A stretch of 20,000 nucleotides of DNA, from NCBI GenBank assembly GCA_000182565.2, contig KQ257451.1. One strand, 5' to 3'. A program made the position numbers and the translations under genes. How positions within the stretch are numbered: position 1 is the stretch's first letter; each line of letters opens with the position of its first letter. This DNA comes from Spizellomyces punctatus DAOM BR117. Lineage: Eukaryota. The notes under the pieces are model-generated. The model did not search any database, was not told the origin of the DNA, and was given only the letters and a program-made list of their open reading frames with translations. Positions 19,999 to 20,000 of this stretch are shown here, in pieces.

Positions 19999-20000
19999 AC

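Noticed and set aside
17000-20000. Transposon, tRNA or other RNA gene around the assembly gap
   Set aside because: No transposase/RT motifs, terminal repeats or cloverleaf recognised by eye; contiguity across the gap is also uncertain.

Overview
Eukaryotic, most likely fungal genomic DNA. Short 60-82 nt GT-AG introns with CTRAY branch points, fungal-type genes and a BK-like channel suggest an early-diverging lineage such as a chytrid (inference). Five protein-coding genes are supported. (1) The 3' end of a Slo/BK-type K+ channel (+, to 818). (2) A 7-exon, ~1550-aa gene (-, 6885..1803) that the ORF track fragments; manual splicing gives an unusual architecture: J-domain with an apparent ~180-aa insertion, FN3, coiled coil, PPxY, 2x SAM and a C-terminal U-box-like domain. 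(3) A P2B/PMCA-type Ca2+-ATPase with an uninterrupted CDS and a candidate calmodulin-binding C-tail (-, 12192..8299). (4) A polyQ three-finger C2H2 transcription factor of the Ace2/Swi5-Crz1 type with an in-frame 60-nt intron inside finger 2 (-, 14615..12969). (5) A small secreted 4-Cys protein (+, 16483..16965). A 100-N assembly gap lies at 18165..18264, followed by apparently non-coding or decayed sequence. The most interesting candidates are the J-FN3-SAM-SAM-U-box protein (possible chaperone-coupled E3 ligase) and the co-location of Ca2+-signalling-related genes.
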